A DNA stretch of 64,000 bases from Auanema rhodensis. Its lineage: Eukaryota; Animalia; Nematoda. Shown here in pieces: positions 59,747 through 64,000 of the stretch. A program made the position numbers and the translations under genes. Each line of letters begins with the position of its first letter. Within the stretch, counting starts at the first letter, position 1. Below the pieces are notes generated by a model, which ran no database searches, was not told where the DNA came from, and was given only the letters and a program-made list of their open reading frames with translations. Where the stretch lies: positions 1-64,000 of the forward strand of contig CAXKVF010000010.1 of assembly GCA_964057225.1 (NCBI GenBank). The letters run 5' to 3'.

Positions 59747-62412
59747 ACCATTTTGTATGTAGTTTAATCAGATTCTTATGACAATTATTCGTATTTTGAA
59801 AGTTTTATTTTCAATACAAGCACTTTTTATACCATTTTGTTTGTAGTTTGATCAGATTCTCATGACAATGATTCGTATTTTGAAAGTTTTACTTGCAATA
59901 CAAGCACTTTTTATATTGTTTTGTATGTAGTTTGATCAGATTCTCATGACAATGATTCATAATTTGAGTTTATTTATTGACTAAGCTTCAACTATTGGGC
60001 AAAGCATCCATCTCTTATGCAGCGGGAGTGCCCAATCCCAGATCCGGGGGGTCTGGGGGGGTATCCCCCCCAGGTATAGAAAGTATTACTATCAATACAA
60101 GCACTTTTTATACCATTTTGTATGTAGTTTGATCAGATTCTCATGATAATGATTCGTATTTTGAAAGTTTTACTTTCAATACAAGCACTTTTTATATTGT
60201 TTTGTATGTAGTTTGATCAGATTCTCAAGACAATGATTCATAATTTGAGTTTATTCATTGACTAAGCTTCAACTATTGGGCAAAGCATCCATCTCTTATG
60301 CAGCGGGAGTGCCCAATCCCAGATCCGGGGGGTCTGGGGGGGTATCCTTCCCAGGTATAGAAAGTATTACTATCAATAGAAGCACTTTTTATACCATTTT
60401 GTATGTAGTTTGATCAGATTCTCATGATAATGATTCGTATTTTGAAAGTTTTACTTTCAATACAAGCACTTTTTATATTGTTTTGTATGTAGTTTGATCA
60501 GATTCTCATGACAATGATTCATAATTTGAGTTTATTTATTGACTAAGCTTCAACTATTGGGCAAAGCATCCATCTCTGATGCAGCGGGAGTGCCCAATCC
60601 CAGATCCGGGGGGTCTGGGGGGGTATCCCCCCCAGGTATAGAAAGTATTACTATCGATACAAGCACTTTTTATATCATTTTGTATGTAGTTTGATCAGAT
60701 TCTCATGACAATGATTCGTATTTTGAAAGTTTTACTTGCAATACAAGCACTTTTTATATTGTTTTGTATGTAGTTTGATCAGATTCTCATGACAATGATT
60801 CATAATTTGAGTTTATTTATTGACTAAGCTTCAACTATTGGGCAAAGCATCCATCTCTTATGCAGCGGGAGTGCCCAATCCCAGATCCGGGGGGTCTGGG
60901 GGGGTATCCCCCCCAGGTATAGAAAGTATTACTATCAATACAAGCACTTTTTATACCATTTTGTATGTAGTTTGATCAGATTCTCATGATAATGATTCGT
61001 ATTTTGAAAGTTTTACTTTCAATACAAGCACTTTTTATATTGTTTTGTATGTAGTTTGATCAGATTCTCAAGACAATGATTCATAATTTGAGTTTATTCA
61101 TTGACTAAGCTTCAACTATTGGGCAAAGCATCCATCTCTTATGCAGCGGGAGTGCCCAATCCCAGATCCGGGGGGTCTGGGGGGGTATCCTTCCCAGGTA
61201 TAGAAAGTATTACTATCAATAGAAGCACTTTTTATACCATTTTGTTTGTAGTTTGATCAGATTCTCATGATAATGATTCGTATTTTGAAAGTTTTACTTT
61301 CAATACAAGCACTTTTTATATTGTTTTGTATGTAGTTTGATCAGATTCTCATGACAATGATTCATAATTTGAGTTTATTTATTGACTAAGCTTCAACTAT
61401 TGGGCAAAGCATCCATCTCTTATGCAGCGGGAGTGCCCAATCCCAGATCCGGGGGGTCTGGGGGGGTATCCCCCCCAGGTATAGAAAGTATTACTATCAA
61501 TACAAGCACTTTTTATACCATTTTGTATGTAGTTTGATCAGATTCTCATGATAATGATTCGTATTTTGAAAGTTTTACTTTCAATACAAGCACTTTTTAT
61601 ATTGTTTTGTATGTAGTTTGATCAGATTCTCATGACAATGATTCATAATTTGAGTTTATTTATTGACTAAGCTTCAACTATTGGGCAAAGCATCCATCTC
61701 TTATGCAGCGGGAGTGCCCAATCCCAGATCCGGGGGGTCTGGGGGGGTATCCCCCCCAGGTATAGAAAGTATTACTATCAATACAAGCACTTTTTATACC
61801 ATTTTGTATGTAGTTTGATCAGATTCTCATGATAATGATTCGTATTTTGAAAGTTTTACTTTCAATACAAGCACTTTTTATATTGTTTTGTATGTAGTTT
61901 GATCAGATTCTCAAGACAATGATTCATAATTTGAGTTTATTCATTGACTAAGCTTCAACTATTGGGCAAAGCATCCATCTCTTATGCAGCGGGAGTGCCC
62001 AATCACAGATCCGGGGGGTCTGGGGGGGTATCCCCCCCAGGTATAGAAAGTATTACTATCAATAGAAGCACTTTTTATACCATTTTGTATGTAGTTTGAT
62101 CAGATTCTCATGATAATGATTCGTATTTTGAAAGTTTTACTTTCAATACAAGCACTTTTTATATTGTTTTGTATGTAGTTTGATCAGATTCTCATGACAA
62201 TGATTCATAATTTGAGTTTATTTATTGACTAAGCTTCAACTATTGGGCAAAGCATCCATCTCTGATGCAGCGGGAGTGCCCAATCCCAGATCCGGGGGGT
62301 CTGGGGGGGTATCCCCCCCAGGTATAGAAAGTATTACTATCAATACAAGCACTTTTTATATCATTTTGTACGTAGTTTGATCAGATTCTCATGATAATGA
62401 TTCGTATTTTGA
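59747..62412 (+). repeat. 9x 281-bp tandem array (84-bp AT-rich sub-repeats plus a GC-rich hairpin module)
   Basis: GATCCGGGGGG at 60041, 60322, 60603, 60884, 61165, 61446, 61727, 62008 and 62289, an exact 281-bp period. Confidence 0.97.
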
Positions 62413-62524
62413 ATTTATATTTTGATTCAGGGGGTCTGGGGAGAATTCTGACGGTCAAAAAGAAGCAAAAATAAACACTTTAGAAAAAATTATGTGACCG
62501 TATAAGACCAACTAAATATATATG

Positions 62525-62859
62525 GATATTTTTTAATACCAACATAGGTTTTAATCAATACCGGAACTGGTATTAATAAATACCCAATAGTTTTATTCAT
62601 GAATAAAGTGTGGTATTTTTCAATACCCTAAACGGTATTTATAAATACCAAGAAAGGTATTGATTAATACCTATAAGTTTTCGATGCAAATGTTAATACT
62701 TTCAACTGTAGAATGATGACAAATGATAGAATAGTGTGTTTTAACACTACTTTGATAAAATTTAAACCAAAAATAATGAAAAGAACACTAAAATTAAAAG
62801 GTATTTTTTAATACCTTCGAGGGTGTTTATCAATACCGTCAAAGGTATTGAATAATATC
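62525..62859. repeat. Iteron-like array of 16-bp palindromes GGTATT-N4-AATACC, three triplets with 22-bp period
   Basis: Starts at 62525/62547/62569, 62612/62634/62656 and 62800/62822/62844. Confidence 0.9.
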
Positions 62860-62992
62860 CATTAGTTGCAGCATTAAATTCAAACGTAACTTCCGTTTCA
62901 AGCTTCCGGAAGCTCTAAAAAAAATCTGGTAGCCTTACAAGGGCATTACAAAGCTTTTCCCTCAATATTAGGAAAATTTCATTTTTTTTGTA

Positions 62993-63010
62993 AGACAGGT
63001 TAGTTTTACC
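62993..63010 (+). repeat. Right copy of 18-bp direct repeat AGACAGGTTAGTTTTACC
   Basis: Identical to 53372-53389 and followed by normal 28S (CTACTGTAGAC). Confidence 0.95.
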
Positions 63011-63424
63011 CTACTGTAGACTTGATTGTTGCGATAGTAATCCACCTCAGTACGAGAGGAACAGGTGGTTCTAACATTTGGTTCATGGACTTGGTCGAAA
63101 GGCCAATGGTCCGAAGCTACCATTAGTAGGATTATGACTGAACGCCTCTAAATCAGAATCCTACCTAATAATGGTTACGATAACGTTGCTTCTTGGTGTC
63201 GGAAGGCAACTATATCTCGTGTTCACACGAGAGCTTATGCCCTAGTATATAACATATCCGTGAAAGGGAATCTTTCATGGTTGTTAAAGCCAGAAAACTC
63301 TGGTCAACGTCAGGGCGCTAAATCTCTTGTATACGACTTGAGAACTGGTCAAGGTGTTGTATCCAGTAGAGCAGTCTTTATATACTGCGATCTGTTGAGA
63401 CTATCCTTTGATTGGATGTTTTGT
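62993..63424 (+). pseudogene. 28S rRNA, unit 7, 3' portion after the insert
   Basis: Matches 5043-5474, including the sarcin-ricin loop. Confidence 0.93.
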
Positions 63425-64000
63425 TTTATACCTGAAAGTATACCTTATTCTTTTTTCAAATAACGTTTTATTGATTGTATATAGCGCTAGCAATATTGAT
63501 ACCTTATTAAAAAAAAAGGTATACTTTATTTGTAAGAAAAGGTATACTTTATTTGTAAGAAAAAGTATACTTTATTGGAATATTGGGACCATTTTTCAAA
63601 AAAAAGCGCATATAAATGGTCACCCGAGAAATTTTATTAAAAAAATCAAAAATTTTGATAAAAATGGCAAATTTTACTTGATTGATTCTGTCAGCGCTGT
63701 AGCTTTCCTCAAGGATTAAGCCATATCGGGAAATTTTTCAAAACATATTTCATATATAGTGTAAAATATGTAAAAAGAGTCAGAAAATAGAATAAGACTA
63801 CTCTGAAAAATAGTTTTGAAAAAAAAAATTTGCATATTTTTTCAAAAATTTCCATAATTTTTGACTAGAAAAAATTTTTGGTGGGTTGGCGGTTAGGCTA
63901 AAAAAGTTCAACTTTCTACATGCATGGCTTAATCTTTTACTTGAGCATACAGCGCTGACAGAATCAATCAAGTACGTGAAAAAAAAATTTTGTGGTCGGT
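63425..64000 (+). other. IGS following unit 7 (partial)
   Basis: Matches the IGS of other units, including the sense and first antisense 18S-5' copies. Confidence 0.92.

Larger units (their letters stand above)
53390..62992. mobile_element. 9,603-bp unclassified insertion element in 28S rDNA
   Basis: Non-rDNA sequence bounded by an exact 18-bp direct repeat; shared palindromic motif near both ends; no TIR, poly(A), RT or DDE ORF seen. Confidence 0.8.

Noticed and set aside
59747-62412. Hammerhead ribozyme or tRNA/5S-derived repeat
   Set aside because: No CTGANGA...GAAA core on either strand (only CTGATCA and CTGATGC); no recognisable tRNA or 5S sequence.
62525-62859. CRISPR-like array
   Set aside because: Spacers are only 6 bp, repeats are degenerate, the context is eukaryotic and there are no cas genes.
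53390-62992. Insert as a group I intron, non-LTR retrotransposon, Maverick/Polinton or cut-and-paste DNA transposon
   Set aside because: Group I introns do not duplicate the target; no RT ORF or poly(A); no terminal inverted repeats; no polB, integrase or DDE ORF seen. A GGLGI string at ~59290 is in a frame closed just upstream and has no RT context.

Overview
Eukaryotic nuclear rDNA tandem array, most likely from a rhabditid nematode: the 18S 5' end, 5.8S start and 28S ends resemble C. elegans as I recall them. About 7 head-to-tail units of ~8,055 bp lie on the + strand (18S-ITS1-5.8S-ITS2-28S-IGS) and are nearly identical. Two things stand out. (1) Every intergenic spacer carries five antisense copies and one sense copy of the first ~45-83 nt of the 18S rRNA, one of them a perfect 83-nt reverse complement. 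(2) The 7th 28S gene is split in the peptidyl-transferase (helix 93) region by a 9,603-bp insert (53390-62992) flanked by an exact 18-bp direct repeat AGACAGGTTAGTTTTACC. This is not the R1/R2/R4 region. The insert shows no terminal inverted repeats, poly(A) tail or RT/DDE ORF. It carries GGTATT-N4-AATACC palindromes near both ends (22-bp periodic at the right end), GC-clamp hairpins, a 9x281-bp structured tandem array, and a 10-exon minus-strand gene that the ORF track misses. That gene has 38-47 nt introns, Cys/His motifs, a weakly tyrosine-recombinase-like C-terminus and at least 3 frame disruptions. The ORFs listed within the rDNA are spurious. All alignments were done by eye.
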